64,000 nt of DNA from positions 64,001-128,000 of the IMG/VR virus record IMGVR_UViG_3300025120_000017, one strand, 5' to 3'. Position 1 is the first letter of the stretch. The number at the start of each line of letters is the position of its first letter. Both the position numbers and the translations under genes were made by a program. Under the pieces are notes generated by a model. The model was not told the origin of the DNA, searched no databases, and saw nothing but the letters and a program-made list of their open reading frames with translations. This DNA is from a virus. Positions 49,316 through 59,535 of the stretch are shown in pieces.

Positions 49316-50923
49316 TTAAGCAGTTTTAATTGCTGGAAACTTCTCTTGATATACTCCTGCTACGAACTTTGAAGCTGTTTCTGCTGTATCTATTGTATTA
49401 TTAGCTGTTTGTAAAGGAGTAACCGTTTTACCACCGCCACCTGATGCTGATCTATTTCTATAATATGACTTATCAGCAAAATCTACATCAGATCCATAAT
49501 ACCTATGACCACCATAATTAAACATTTTTTGTATTGCATATTTATCTCTTGGCATAGCATGTTTAAGCTTACATGATACAATTATTGCACTAGGAACATC
49601 ATCTATAGTAAAAGGACCTTCAAAACTAATTGAAGAATCTTCTAGAGCAAGGTTACCGATCATCATGGTTGGGTTAAAGGGATTACCTACTGTTAGATGC
49701 CACTCTCCTGTGCTTTGTGCAGTTAAAAGTGAATGTAAGCTATGCATTTCAGGTCTTCCTAATTTATCAAGGCCACCTCCTACTAATTTAGCCATTGAAT
49801 TACCTCCTAAAGTTTTTCCTAAGTTTCCCATGCTTTCCATAAATCCACCACTGAATGCATTTGTGAATGTACTCTTAAGATCTTTTGCAAATGATTTTAA
49901 AAAACCTACGGTATCCCCACTTCGTAATTTACTAAAATCTCCAATAGGAGTAGCAAATCCCCCACCTCCTGTAAATCTAACAGCTCCTCCCCAAAACGGC
50001 GCTTTACTAGAAGTCATGTTTAGTATGTTACCTAGAATATCTTGAAATGCTGCTCGTGTATTTATGCCATCATATGAACGAATCTTATACTTGAATTTAA
50101 CATCAAGGTTATGTTCAAATTTTAATCCACGTGATCTAGTATAAATAGAATCTATAACATCTATAGGACCCCATGTAAAATTATCTTGATGACTTGTATA
50201 TGGGTCAAAGTCTGTTGCTGCCTGTCCTTGAAGCTTTTCTTTAGCATATCTACCATCTGAATTGAATAATCCTGCTATGTTATTTAGTTTTTTGTTACCA
50301 AATGCAGTTTTTCCTCTTTCTATTGTTTGGATTTCAGATTTGAATTCTTTCCAGTTATATCCTACAGAAAAACTAAACATAGATTCCATTGTATTATCTT
50401 CACCATCAATATAACTAATTAGCCTACTTACATCTCTTGAAGGATTTTCTAATTGATTTTTTAAATTATCTCCACATGGGTTACTAAACCTACGAAGAGT
50501 TATCATATAATTATTAGGTATTTTACCATATTTAGCAGGAAAAAGAAAATCACCTTCTTTATATTGCATTGCATGATCTACAAAATTTTCTCCAAATTCT
50601 TTTACTATATTACTGCCTGTTGGGTTTTTTAAACCAGTAGCAACATTATTATTAAAGTAATCAGTTGGAGTTCCATAAAAATCAGAGTTTGCATTACCTT
50701 GATCATTAAATTTATTAAAGTGTATGACAGATAAGCTATGTAAAAGAGATTCTCTCCCTTTAATAGGAGGCATATTTTGATTTAGCTTTTCTCCTTTTTT
50801 ACCATATTTCTTTCCTTCAGGTATATCCTTTTCAGGAGAATCTCTCCATTTCTGTCTTATTAGAGATCCTGATCCACTTTTATTTAATTTATCTAGGCTT
50901 GAATATAATACTTTAGTACTCAT
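49316..50923 (-). CDS. Baseplate/tail tube junction protein (gp48-like)
   Basis: C-terminal tube-fold-like segment (NLALEDSSISF...PSAIIVSCKLK); next to gp53-like gene. Confidence 0.45.
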   Translation of the reverse strand: MSTKVLYSSLDKLNKSGSGSLIRQKWRDSPEKDIPEGKKYGKKGEKLNQNMPPIKGRESLLHSLSVIHFNKFNDQGNANSDFYGTPTDYFNNNVATGLKNPTGSNIVKEFGENFVDHAMQYKEGDFLFPAKYGKIPNNYMITLRRFSNPCGDNLKNQLENPSRDVSRLISYIDGEDNTMESMFSFSVGYNWKEFKSEIQTIERGKTAFGNKKLNNIAGLFNSDGRYAKEKLQGQAATDFDPYTSHQDNFTWGPIDVIDSIYTRSRGLKFEHNLDVKFKYKIRSYDGINTRAAFQDILGNILNMTSSKAPFWGGAVRFTGGGGFATPIGDFSKLRSGDTVGFLKSFAKDLKSTFTNAFSGGFMESMGNLGKTLGGNSMAKLVGGGLDKLGRPEMHSLHSLLTAQSTGEWHLTVGNPFNPTMMIGNLALEDSSISFEGPFTIDDVPSAIIVSCKLKHAMPRDKYAIQKMFNYGGHRYYGSDVDFADKSYYRNRSASGGGGKTVTPLQTANNTIDTAETASKFVAGVYQEKFPAIKTA

Positions 50924-50950
50924 AGAGAAAAGATGTATTTATATTATTTA

Positions 50951-51754
50951 TTATACATCTTTCTCTCGTTTTCTTGTGTTGGTTGATTTCTTTTCAGTAA
51001 ATGACTTTCTACTTTTAGTGAATTCCATTCTTCGGTATCTTCTATTTAAAATATAATCATCAAAAAATGTTGATAGTTTATCATTATGTATAAAATGCTC
51101 AAAATCAGGACCAAGCTCTTCAAGTAGGGATATTATTAAAGGTCTTGCTAATTTAAAAAACTTAGAAGTACTTGGCGTGTATATTTTAGCATTTGACTGC
51201 CTTAATGCATCATTACACATTAGGTTATGTAAGTCTCTTAGCTTATTACATAATGTTATTGTAGACATTTTAGTGCAATATTCAGCACATATGTGTAGCT
51301 TATCAAATACAAATGCTTCATTTACTAAAAATGTAAATTTTTCACTGTGATTTCTAAAAAATGTACTATATTTTGAAAAGTCAAAATATTTATCAGTTTC
51401 TTCAACTAATTCATAATCAGTAAAGCTAAATTTTCTAGTGTACTCGTTTAGGTCTTTAGGATCATTTGAAGTAACTGATTTAAACCAATTATTATGAAAA
51501 AAATCTTTTAAGATTTCTCTCTTATCAAATCCTGTGTGTATTTTTATAGCATATTCAACAGTATAGTCTGTGTTATCTACATGATATAGAACTTCGCCTG
51601 AAAACATCTTAAAATTATCAGACTCATTAAACGGGTATAAAATAAAAAATACTTTATCACCTTTTTTAAATATAGTATCACTTAAGATTTCTTTAGTATA
51701 ATAATTTTCTCTAAAAGTTTTAAGTTTCTTTGATCCTTTAGTTGGTTTAGACAT
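50951..51754 (-). CDS. Hypothetical protein
   Basis: 267-aa ORF; no motif recognised. Confidence 0.5.
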   Translation of the reverse strand: MSKPTKGSKKLKTFRENYYTKEILSDTIFKKGDKVFFILYPFNESDNFKMFSGEVLYHVDNTDYTVEYAIKIHTGFDKREILKDFFHNNWFKSVTSNDPKDLNEYTRKFSFTDYELVEETDKYFDFSKYSTFFRNHSEKFTFLVNEAFVFDKLHICAEYCTKMSTITLCNKLRDLHNLMCNDALRQSNAKIYTPSTSKFFKLARPLIISLLEELGPDFEHFIHNDKLSTFFDDYILNRRYRRMEFTKSRKSFTEKKSTNTRKREKDV

Positions 51755-52137
51755 TCTTGTTCTTTTTTAGTTATTTCTTCAATAGGTAAAAAGCATATTT
51801 CAGTATTTATAGAACCTGCCTTATATGCATTTATTTTTTTACTTACTTCTGTTATTATGCTTTCAAAAAGATCTTTGTCTATACGAGATACGTAATAATA
51901 TATAAAAAAACATGGAGTTCTTTTATTGGTAAGCATATTCTTGACAGATGTATTTATCTTGGCAAATACATCTGTCTGTAATACTAGGTTACTCTGATCT
52001 TCATCAAATATTGTGTATTTTTGATGAGATGCTTGAATATCTTCATAGCTAATTAAAACACTGTTTTTTGATTTTTTTAAATATGTTTTAAACTGCTTAT
52101 TGTTTTTAGCATATGTTATTATAAAAAACTTATTCAT
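51682..52137 (-). CDS. Hypothetical protein
   Basis: 151-aa ORF overlapping the next gene by 73 nt. Confidence 0.45.
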   Translation of the reverse strand: MNKFFIITYAKNNKQFKTYLKKSKNSVLISYEDIQASHQKYTIFDEDQSNLVLQTDVFAKINTSVKNMLTNKRTPCFFIYYYVSRIDKDLFESIITEVSKKINAYKAGSINTEICFLPIEEITKKEQECLNQLKDQRNLKLLEKIIILKKS

Positions 52138-52142
52138 ATTTA

Positions 52143-52364
52143 TTATGTGTCATCTTCTACACTATCATCTGTTTTAAGATCATGTAATTGCTCATCTGTT
52201 AGCGTAGAAGATTCTTCTGATTTTCTAAGCTGTTCAGAAACATGTCTTCTATGCAAATCTTTCCCGATTTTCTTAACCTCTTTCTTTGCTTTATGATATT
52301 CAGCAATATTAGTCTTTTTTAACCACTTAAGGTACTCTCTTCTCTGTGCTCTGGTTGTTTTCAT
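52143..52364 (-). CDS. Small basic/acidic hypothetical protein
   Basis: TRAQRR basic N-terminus, acidic tail. Confidence 0.5.
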   Translation of the reverse strand: MKTTRAQRREYLKWLKKTNIAEYHKAKKEVKKIGKDLHRRHVSEQLRKSEESSTLTDEQLHDLKTDDSVEDDT

Positions 52365-52881
52365 CTTCTGTTTTTATTAACTGTTCTATCCATGCATTAA
52401 TAGTGTTATGTACATTTTCTTTTATATCATCTGATATCTTATTTTTTATATACACGTTTAACTCATTTTTTAAATCTTCACCATATGCATCTATAAGTAT
52501 TTCTAGAGCTGCTTTTTTAGGTAATGATACTGAAAAATTCATTTTAATATCAACACTTTCATATGATTTTATTTTATCTAATATATCTGTAAATATTGAA
52601 TCGTTTTTAGGAGATGGGTAATCGCTAGGATTAAGTGATCCTGTTTTAATTTCTAGTTCCTTTACAAACTTCTCAGTGTCTTCTACGTCAAGTTCACTTA
52701 TTTCAGCTATAAGAGATAAGTATTCTTTAGTTAATGATTGATTTATTCGCCTTCCACTAACAAACTCAACAAATCTCATAGATCCTTGTGTTACTTCAGT
52801 GTTTTTAACAATTTCTTCTTGACCAAAGTTTTCGCCTTTAATCCATTCATATTTATTGCCAACCTTAATTCCTTGTAGCAT
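52327..52881 (-). CDS. Hypothetical protein
   Basis: 184-aa ORF. Confidence 0.5.
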   Translation of the reverse strand: MLQGIKVGNKYEWIKGENFGQEEIVKNTEVTQGSMRFVEFVSGRRINQSLTKEYLSLIAEISELDVEDTEKFVKELEIKTGSLNPSDYPSPKNDSIFTDILDKIKSYESVDIKMNFSVSLPKKAALEILIDAYGEDLKNELNVYIKNKISDDIKENVHNTINAWIEQLIKTEDENNQSTEKRVP

Positions 52882-52924
52882 ATTATTATAGTTTAATGAT
52901 TATAAAATATATAATAGATAAAAA

Positions 52925-53590
52925 TTAACATATGATTATTCTTCTTCTTGAAGAACCTCCACCACTTAGACCTTTTATTTCAACCCTATCTAAAGATACA
53001 TTACCACTCGTAGATGTTGCTCTTAAACTTATTGTACCAGCACTATGTCCAGCATCAGCACTAATTGCACCAGTTGCTACTTGTCTGTTTGTATTGTGGG
53101 TAGTAAAAGTCCTATTTGTTCCTTGTGGAATTTGTTGTGTAAGGATTTGATTAATAGAACATGATGTAATCATTATTAGTGAATCCTCTTCAACTGTTAA
53201 ATTTTGAGTGTTTGGTGTTGCTTGACCACCCGTTCTTGTGTATGCTCCAATACCACCGCTATCGGTAAAACTTCTTATGTGAACAGATACTGGATTCCAC
53301 ATGTTTTGATTAAAACTTACTACAACATTATGAGTTCCAGTAGGAGGGTCTACTAAATAAAAGAAAGACATTCTTTGTCCTAATCCACCTCTATTAGTGC
53401 TATGTAATTGTGTTAATGAAACTCCATTGTAAGTACATGGATTACTGCCTAACCCAACATTATTTGCATGAGTTATTTGAACAACAAGTAATCTATTGTT
53501 CCCTGTATTTTGATTATGTGAATAACTTTTAGAATATCCCGAAGGCGTAGCATTACTATTTGTTACATTTCCTTTAGTTGGAGCTGCCAT
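52925..53590 (-). CDS. Beta-sandwich fibre-associated protein
   Basis: NRLLVVQI...YNGVSLT...YLVDPPTGTHNVVVSF; T/S/N/G-rich; last gene of the fibre operon. Confidence 0.55.
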   Translation of the reverse strand: MAAPTKGNVTNSNATPSGYSKSYSHNQNTGNNRLLVVQITHANNVGLGSNPCTYNGVSLTQLHSTNRGGLGQRMSFFYLVDPPTGTHNVVVSFNQNMWNPVSVHIRSFTDSGGIGAYTRTGGQATPNTQNLTVEEDSLIMITSCSINQILTQQIPQGTNRTFTTHNTNRQVATGAISADAGHSAGTISLRATSTSGNVSLDRVEIKGLSGGGSSRRRIIIC

Positions 53591-53591
53591 A

Positions 53592-53876
53592 TTATAAATC
53601 GTTTATGTCTTTAATTTCAATTAAATTTCTTCCTTCTAGTGTATTTACTTCCGTTCTTGCCTCATTTACTGAATCAATATCATTAAAAAATGTATTTATT
53701 GATACCTCTCCCAGTTCTAACTTGGTTCTGTTTTCTCCTAAAAAAACTCCTAAAGTACTATCATATTGTTCATTTATTTCATTTGCGATGTTAACATCTT
53801 CGGTATATCCGACATCTGTATATTTAAGAGAATCGGTTCCTTCCAATTCTATTTTGCTGATTATATAGTATTTCAT
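53592..53876 (-). CDS. Small fibre-operon protein
   Basis: Tightly packed ORF. Confidence 0.5.
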   Translation of the reverse strand: MKYYIISKIELEGTDSLKYTDVGYTEDVNIANEINEQYDSTLGVFLGENRTKLELGEVSINTFFNDIDSVNEARTEVNTLEGRNLIEIKDINDL

Positions 53877-53899
53877 TTTGTGTCGATTGTTATTTTAAA

Positions 53900-54295
53900 T
53901 TAATCTAAATAAGTTACTTCAACACTACCGACACTAGGAAAAAATTCTTCAATGATTTGTTTACCGTAATTGCTCATTGCATAATGAAGAGCACTTAGTC
54001 CAGTTTTTCCACCATCAGAATATACATATTTGTCAGAACCATCTTCGTTTTCCATTTCAAAGTCTTGTCCCATAATATTTTTTTCTGAATCTGCAATTTT
54101 TAATTGAACGGTGTTATTAGAATTCCATTCATTAGCTTCTCCGTAACACCAATTAAAAGGTACATTAAAATTTTGAACAGTTTCTCTTCCTGTTCCTATG
54201 TTTCCTGGACAAGAAATTTTTCTTATTCCGGCTGCGTAAATATTAAGACCTCCGGCCTTAATTTCACAATCCTCTGTTAAAGTTATAGTTATCAT
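53900..54295 (-). CDS. Small fibre-operon protein, possible chaperone
   Basis: Directly follows the fibre gene. Confidence 0.5.
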   Translation of the reverse strand: MITITLTEDCEIKAGGLNIYAAGIRKISCPGNIGTGRETVQNFNVPFNWCYGEANEWNSNNTVQLKIADSEKNIMGQDFEMENEDGSDKYVYSDGGKTGLSALHYAMSNYGKQIIEEFFPSVGSVEVTYLD

Positions 54296-54319
54296 ATCTT
54301 ATTTATTTTTATTTATTTA

Positions 54320-57300
54320 CTAATCTTCTGTATATCTTATATCAACACTTAAATAAACACTTGTTCCACTTGCGGCACTTGTTTCTATCCAAACCCAACT
54401 ATTTGCTGGAATAGTAGCATCACTTAATGATGCAATATCTCCGGTTGTTGTACTTGTTGTTGCAGCACTTGTTGTTAATGCATTCCCGGCATCACTTCTA
54501 GTAGGATGATGTTTTAATTGATAAGTTGTATCTGGTGATGTTCCAGTTGAACAAGCAATTACTTCTTGTACTGTTATAGCAACATCAGTTCTAAAAATTG
54601 TAATATCATCAGAAGCTGTTGGTTCTTGTAAAGTAAATGTTTTACTTAAAGAAACTGGGGCACCTGTTCCTGTATCTCCTTTTTCTCCTTTAATACCTGA
54701 AGTCTTAGATATTCTCATACCTTGAGTAAAGTTCCAAGTACCATTTGCTGAGATAGTTGTTGTATTCTGATATGATTGCAATTTAATTTCAACTTCATCA
54801 CCTACATCTAAATCAAGTGAAATACTACCCGATACGCCATCCCAAGTAGAATCATCAACAGCATCCGACGCAGCAAAAGCACCATTTGGTGTTTTTATGC
54901 TTCCGTTAATAAATGCTTGTAAATTGTAATATGCAGAAGTACTATTTGTAGCAAATAAATTAACTTCAAATTGATAAGTTCCAGCACCACTTGTTGAGCT
55001 AACAACAAACTTTTTATTTGTATTATCCCAATCACCGTTCTTGTCTATCGCTCCTGTTACGGTGTCATCAAAATTAATAGTAGTTGCGTTGTTAGCAACA
55101 GTAATAAGTTGGTTGGTACTTCCAAAACCTAAATCAACAAGTAATCCACCACCTACGGCTGGCGTTTCTGATAAGTTTTTCCATTTTAATCCTGTTGCTT
55201 CCGTACTATCAGCTACTAATGCTTGTCCGTTAGTTCCAACTGGCAATCTTGCATCGGCAGTATCGTATGTATAAACATCTCCTTTTGTTGTTAATGGACT
55301 TGAACTACCAGCTGCTCCCCAAGAAAGAACTCCTGAACCATCAGTTTTCAAAAATTGTCCGTTAGAACCGGTGTCGTTTGGAAATGTTAAAGTATAACTT
55401 GCACCTGCAGAATGCGGTGGTGATTTAAGTTTTATACCGTGATTATTATTCCAACAATTTAATTGAATATAACCATCTTGTGATGAACCATCTCCTTTTG
55501 CAATAAAAGCTGCAATAGAACTTGTAGAAGTACTACTGACATTTCCTGTCATTTCTATTGCATTTGATGAACTAATCGTAAACGGTTCCGTTGAAGTTGT
55601 TCCGTTGTATATACGGAAAGTGCTATCGCTTTCGTTACCTATTGACCATTTAAAATTCCCTTGATTTAAAAATTTTATAAAAACTCCTGTATCAGCAGTC
55701 GTGTCTAGTGATATATTTGGGTTTGAGCTGAAACTGCTTTTAAAAGTTAAAATATCTTTTACAGTAGAATTAAATGTAGTTGCCTGTCCTAAATGAACAT
55801 TACCATCATTTCTAAAGTCCCATAACGAAGCATCATTAATATCAGTAACTTTGAAACCACTTGTACTTGCTGAATTATCAGAACCTTTAACTAGTGTGTC
55901 GTCTTGTAGGCTAATTCCTTCGCTTCCTATGACGTTTGAACCGTTGGCAATTGTTTTTCCGTTCCTTATTCTAAAGGTTTCTAAATGCGCAAGAGTTCCA
56001 AAAATTAAACTCATATCATTTGAACCATGCCATACATTTTGCATTCTACTAGAAAAATAACCACTAACATTAAAATCAATTGATGCTTTTTCTCCAGCTA
56101 CTAAAGAGCCAGTTTTGTTTATTCTTAAAGCCGTATGGTTTGCGCTTGTATTTTCTAAAGTTAACCCCGTAAAGGCATCACCTGCTAAACTTGAATGTAT
56201 TTCTCCTGCTACATCTAAATCATAACTTGGAATTATTTGTTTTATTCCTACTTTTCCATTCCTAATTCTAAAAGTTTCTAAATGCGCTAAAGTTCCTAAT
56301 GTTAAACTAATATCATTTGAACCATGCCATACATTTTGCATTCTACTAGAAAAATAACCACTAACATTAAAATCTATAGAAGCTTTTTCACCTGCAACTA
56401 ATGAACCAGTTTTATTAATTAAAATACCTGTATGATCTGTATTTGTGTTTTCTAAAGTTAGAGAAGGAATAGTAGAACTTGCATTTTTAAAAGTTAAATC
56501 ATTACCATTTAAATCAAGTATTCTATCTCCTGTTAAAGTTCCATCAGCAGTATAAATAGAACTACCACCAGTTCCGCTAGTTCCTATTCTAACTACTCCG
56601 TTTTCATTCCATAAATCGCCAGCTGATAAACCACTTGAGCTAGTAGGCATATTAACATTTATAGTGTTAGTTTTAACTGCTACTTTAGTTGTTACCGTTC
56701 CACTATCTGCCACCCTTAACTCTAATCTTCCCGTATGACTACCTGCTGTATTGCTTTCAATTATTGATACAAATCTTGCATAAGTTGCCTGAGCACTGCT
56801 TGAGTTATGTAAATCAATATTGAAACCTGCTCCGTAGCCAGTTGGATTTGCTGGTCTACAAAATGTAAAAGTAGATGAGGTATTAGAATCACCTATGATA
56901 TTAACATCTTGGCCTACTAGTATATCTCCGTTATTTCTAAAGTCCCATTTAGAATCATCATTTGTATCAACTATTTTAAATCCACTTGTACTTGCTGAAT
57001 TATCAGAACCTTTAACAAGGGTATTGCCTTGTAAAGAAATACTTTCACTTCCTACAACAGCATCTTCACCTACTATAAATTTATGTGTTGCTAAAGCACC
57101 AGCGGCAGCTAAAAAGTAATGCGGAACATTTGCGCCTATCTTAGTGTGTGCTCCACTCCATTGGTCAGAAAAGTGCATGTAACTTGTTGTTCCTGATCCT
57201 CTTCTTAGTTGTATTGCTTTTTGTGGTCCGATATCTAAACCTAAATAATTAAAGGAAACTCCATTAACATAATTACCAGCGTTATCAATATTTATTGCGT

Positions 57301-57685
57301 TTTGTCTAGTTCCCCATCTATCATAATATTCTGTAACTGGAATACCAATAGAACTATTATAATAATGATCTATTCTATCAGTTGTACCTGTTAGTCTACC
57401 CTTAAAAGTTAATTTATTACTATCAAGTTCAAGTTCTCTATCACCCGTTAAAGTACCATCAGCGGTATAAATACTAGAACCCCCACCGCCCCCACCGGCT
57501 TCATTCCATACGGCTGCTCCGGCTGTTGCATCAACACAATTATATGCTTTATCATTCGTAACATCTATCCATGTTGAACCTACTGAAAATCCAGTAGAAG
57601 TATCATCATTTACAGTCGGTGCTGCGGTTGCATCGAATTTATTTCCTTGTATCTTTAAAAGATTAATATTTGGTGTAGCACTCAT
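54320..57685 (-). CDS. Mosaic tail fibre with internal duplications
   Basis: APTVNDD..GFSVGS.W N-terminal module, poly-Gly linkers, repeated modules, LTTKGD...[11 protein letters not shown] fibre module. Confidence 0.75.
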   Translation of the reverse strand: MSATPNINLLKIQGNKFDATAAPTVNDDTSTGFSVGSTWIDVTNDKAYNCVDATAGAAVWNEAGGGGGGSSIYTADGTLTGDRELELDSNKLTFKGRLTGTTDRIDHYYNSSIGIPVTEYYDRWGTRQNAINIDNAGNYVNGVSFNYLGLDIGPQKAIQLRRGSGTTSYMHFSDQWSGAHTKIGANVPHYFLAAAGALATHKFIVGEDAVVGSESISLQGNTLVKGSDNSASTSGFKIVDTNDDSKWDFRNNGDILVGQDVNIIGDSNTSSTFTFCRPANPTGYGAGFNIDLHNSSSAQATYARFVSIIESNTAGSHTGRLELRVADSGTVTTKVAVKTNTINVNMPTSSSGLSAGDLWNENGVVRIGTSGTGGSSIYTADGTLTGDRILDLNGNDLTFKNASSTIPSLTLENTNTDHTGILINKTGSLVAGEKASIDFNVSGYFSSRMQNVWHGSNDISLTLGTLAHLETFRIRNGKVGIKQIIPSYDLDVAGEIHSSLAGDAFTGLTLENTSANHTALRINKTGSLVAGEKASIDFNVSGYFSSRMQNVWHGSNDMSLIFGTLAHLETFRIRNGKTIANGSNVIGSEGISLQDDTLVKGSDNSASTSGFKVTDINDASLWDFRNDGNVHLGQATTFNSTVKDILTFKSSFSSNPNISLDTTADTGVFIKFLNQGNFKWSIGNESDSTFRIYNGTTSTEPFTISSSNAIEMTGNVSSTSTSSIAAFIAKGDGSSQDGYIQLNCWNNNHGIKLKSPPHSAGASYTLTFPNDTGSNGQFLKTDGSGVLSWGAAGSSSPLTTKGDVYTYDTADARLPVGTNGQALVADSTEATGLKWKNLSETPAVGGGLLVDLGFGSTNQLITVANNATTINFDDTVTGAIDKNGDWDNTNKKFVVSSTSGAGTYQFEVNLFATNSTSAYYNLQAFINGSIKTPNGAFAASDAVDDSTWDGVSGSISLDLDVGDEVEIKLQSYQNTTTISANGTWNFTQGMRISKTSGIKGEKGDTGTGAPVSLSKTFTLQEPTASDDITIFRTDVAITVQEVIACSTGTSPDTTYQLKHHPTRSDAGNALTTSAATTSTTTGDIASLSDATIPANSWVWIETSAASGTSVYLSVDIRYTED
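55955..56460. repeat. In-frame duplication of about 209 nt (about 55955..56163 and 56252..56460; 99-codon spacing)
   Basis: LTLENT...[36 protein letters not shown]...[11 protein letters not shown] occurs twice. Confidence 0.9.
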
Positions 57686-57692
57686 ATATTAT

Positions 57693-57869
57693 TTAATTAT
57701 TTTCTTCTTGTGATTCTAACCATTCTGTGTATTCTTTGGGCGGTTCATCACTCCAAAACCAACCATTTTTTTCAATCTTATTATCTTTTGTGATAATCGT
57801 TCCGTCTGAAAATCCCACTCTACCTGCTGAATTCCATTCATCATTTTCTTCGTTGTATATATAGAACAT
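57693..57869 (-). CDS. 58-aa hypothetical protein absent from the ORF track
   Basis: Hand translation MFYIYNEENDEWNSAGRVGFSDG...GWFWSDEPPKEYTEWLESQEENN*; fills the gap between two fibre genes. Confidence 0.7.
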   Translation of the reverse strand: MFYIYNEENDEWNSAGRVGFSDGTIITKDNKIEKNGWFWSDEPPKEYTEWLESQEENN

Positions 57870-57888
57870 AATTTTAATTTTTATTTTA

Positions 57889-59520
57889 TTATGTAATTGC
57901 TACCGTCCATCCTTTTGCTGTTGCTATTGCTATCTCTGCACTTGTAACTGAAGATGAGCCTGGATTGTCTTGAACATTTATAGTTTGTGTTCCATTAGCT
58001 GTACCTAAATTGTTAAAAATAACTACGATTTGTGCTTGTTCTAAATTACAATATCTATATGAATGTCCTACAGTTAGGTTGGTTATTAATACTTCTTGTA
58101 AAGCATAACAGCCTTGAAACCAGTTTCCACAGCTTGTTATATTTGCACCATCCCATGCGGGTATTTTTACCAAACTCTGACAATTATTGAAGGCAGCACT
58201 AAAAGAAGTAGTTGTTGTATTAATTACAATGTTAGGCAATTCCTCCAAAGAAGTATTGCTTAAAAATACTCTAGTCATTGATGTTGGAGGGGTGCCATTA
58301 AAGGTACCCCACTTTTTTATCTGATTAGCATTTTGAGCAAAATATGGATGTATTCCTGTTCCTAATTGCGCAGGACTTTTTCTAAGACCACTATATATAA
58401 ACATATACTGCATACTGGTAGATGAACTAAAATCAAATGCGCTTAAATCATCTATCCTATATGTGTTCCTAAACATAAATTGACTATTAGTTACATTACT
58501 GCAATCAAAGACCTTTACTTCTTCTAAATAAATGCATTGGTCAAACATATAATCTGTCCTAGTTAAGTTGTTTGGGAATGTGGCATTGCAGCTTATTAGA
58601 TTTGTACAGCCAATAAACATACTTTTGACGTCCGTTGCACTTGAACAGTCTAAATTAAAGTCTCCACCCCACTTATTTCCTGAAAATACAGCAGTAAAGA
58701 CTTGAATATTGGAACAACTTGTAATCGGACAAACCATTAGTGTACTACAAGCATAAAACATGTTTTGAATGCTAATAAGGTTAGGGGCATCAGCATCTAA
58801 ACTCCAAGGTTCTATGTATTCTATCTCATAGCAATTGTAAAACATTTCCGTAACTCCTGTAGCACTAGATAAATCTAATTTTGGAACTTCTAATAATAAT
58901 ACACATTGACGAAAACACCTATAAAAATTAGTAACATTAGAAGTATCTATTCCAACTACCTTTTGTAATCTGTAACTTAAATAAAATGCTTGCGACATGT
59001 TTGTAACATTACAAGTTCCCACAAATTCAAATTGCTCTAATCCCGAATTATTGTAAAAACTACTTGCTAATGATGTGATATTAACACTTGCCATTTTGCA
59101 ATCAATGATATTATTATTTGCTGAACCTGCACTAGCATCATTAGGATTTAATAAATTACCCATAACAAAGGAAGTAAGGTTTTGCCCAGATTGAGGTGTT
59201 AATGTAACTATTGCCTGTCTGTATCCTTCAGTAGTTTGTGTTGTTGCTGAAATATGTGTAAAGTCAATAGAATAGTCTGCAAATGCTCCCGAAGAATAAT
59301 TTACTGAACCCTGCCCATCACCCCAATCAACAGTATAATCACCTGCCGCTTGTAATCTTATGTGATTGCCAAACTTTTCATATATCTTAACTAGTAGATA
59401 AACTTTTTGGTCACCATCAGATAATACAGGTAAATCTAAATATTCAGGATTCCGAATATACTTTCTGAAAGATTTTTGCCCTCCTAATAATCTGCCGTTA
59501 TTTATTATTATATTTGCCAT
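57889..59520 (-). CDS. BspA/DUF285-type leucine-rich-repeat fibre/adhesin
   Basis: YTVDWGDG; repeats such as DTSNVTNFYRCF, VTNMSQAF, STSMQYMF; C-terminal IATAKGWTV. Confidence 0.75.
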   Translation of the reverse strand: MANIIINNGRLLGGQKSFRKYIRNPEYLDLPVLSDGDQKVYLLVKIYEKFGNHIRLQAAGDYTVDWGDGQGSVNYSSGAFADYSIDFTHISATTQTTEGYRQAIVTLTPQSGQNLTSFVMGNLLNPNDASAGSANNNIIDCKMASVNITSLASSFYNNSGLEQFEFVGTCNVTNMSQAFYLSYRLQKVVGIDTSNVTNFYRCFRQCVLLLEVPKLDLSSATGVTEMFYNCYEIEYIEPWSLDADAPNLISIQNMFYACSTLMVCPITSCSNIQVFTAVFSGNKWGGDFNLDCSSATDVKSMFIGCTNLISCNATFPNNLTRTDYMFDQCIYLEEVKVFDCSNVTNSQFMFRNTYRIDDLSAFDFSSSTSMQYMFIYSGLRKSPAQLGTGIHPYFAQNANQIKKWGTFNGTPPTSMTRVFLSNTSLEELPNIVINTTTTSFSAAFNNCQSLVKIPAWDGANITSCGNWFQGCYALQEVLITNLTVGHSYRYCNLEQAQIVVIFNNLGTANGTQTINVQDNPGSSSVTSAEIAIATAKGWTVAIT

Positions 59521-59535
59521 AATTTATGTTATTTA

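Noticed and set aside
55955-56460. Fibre repeat pair as a diversity-generating retroelement TR/VR
   Set aside because: Both copies are in frame inside one gene, differences are not confined to adenines, and no reverse transcriptase is in the window.
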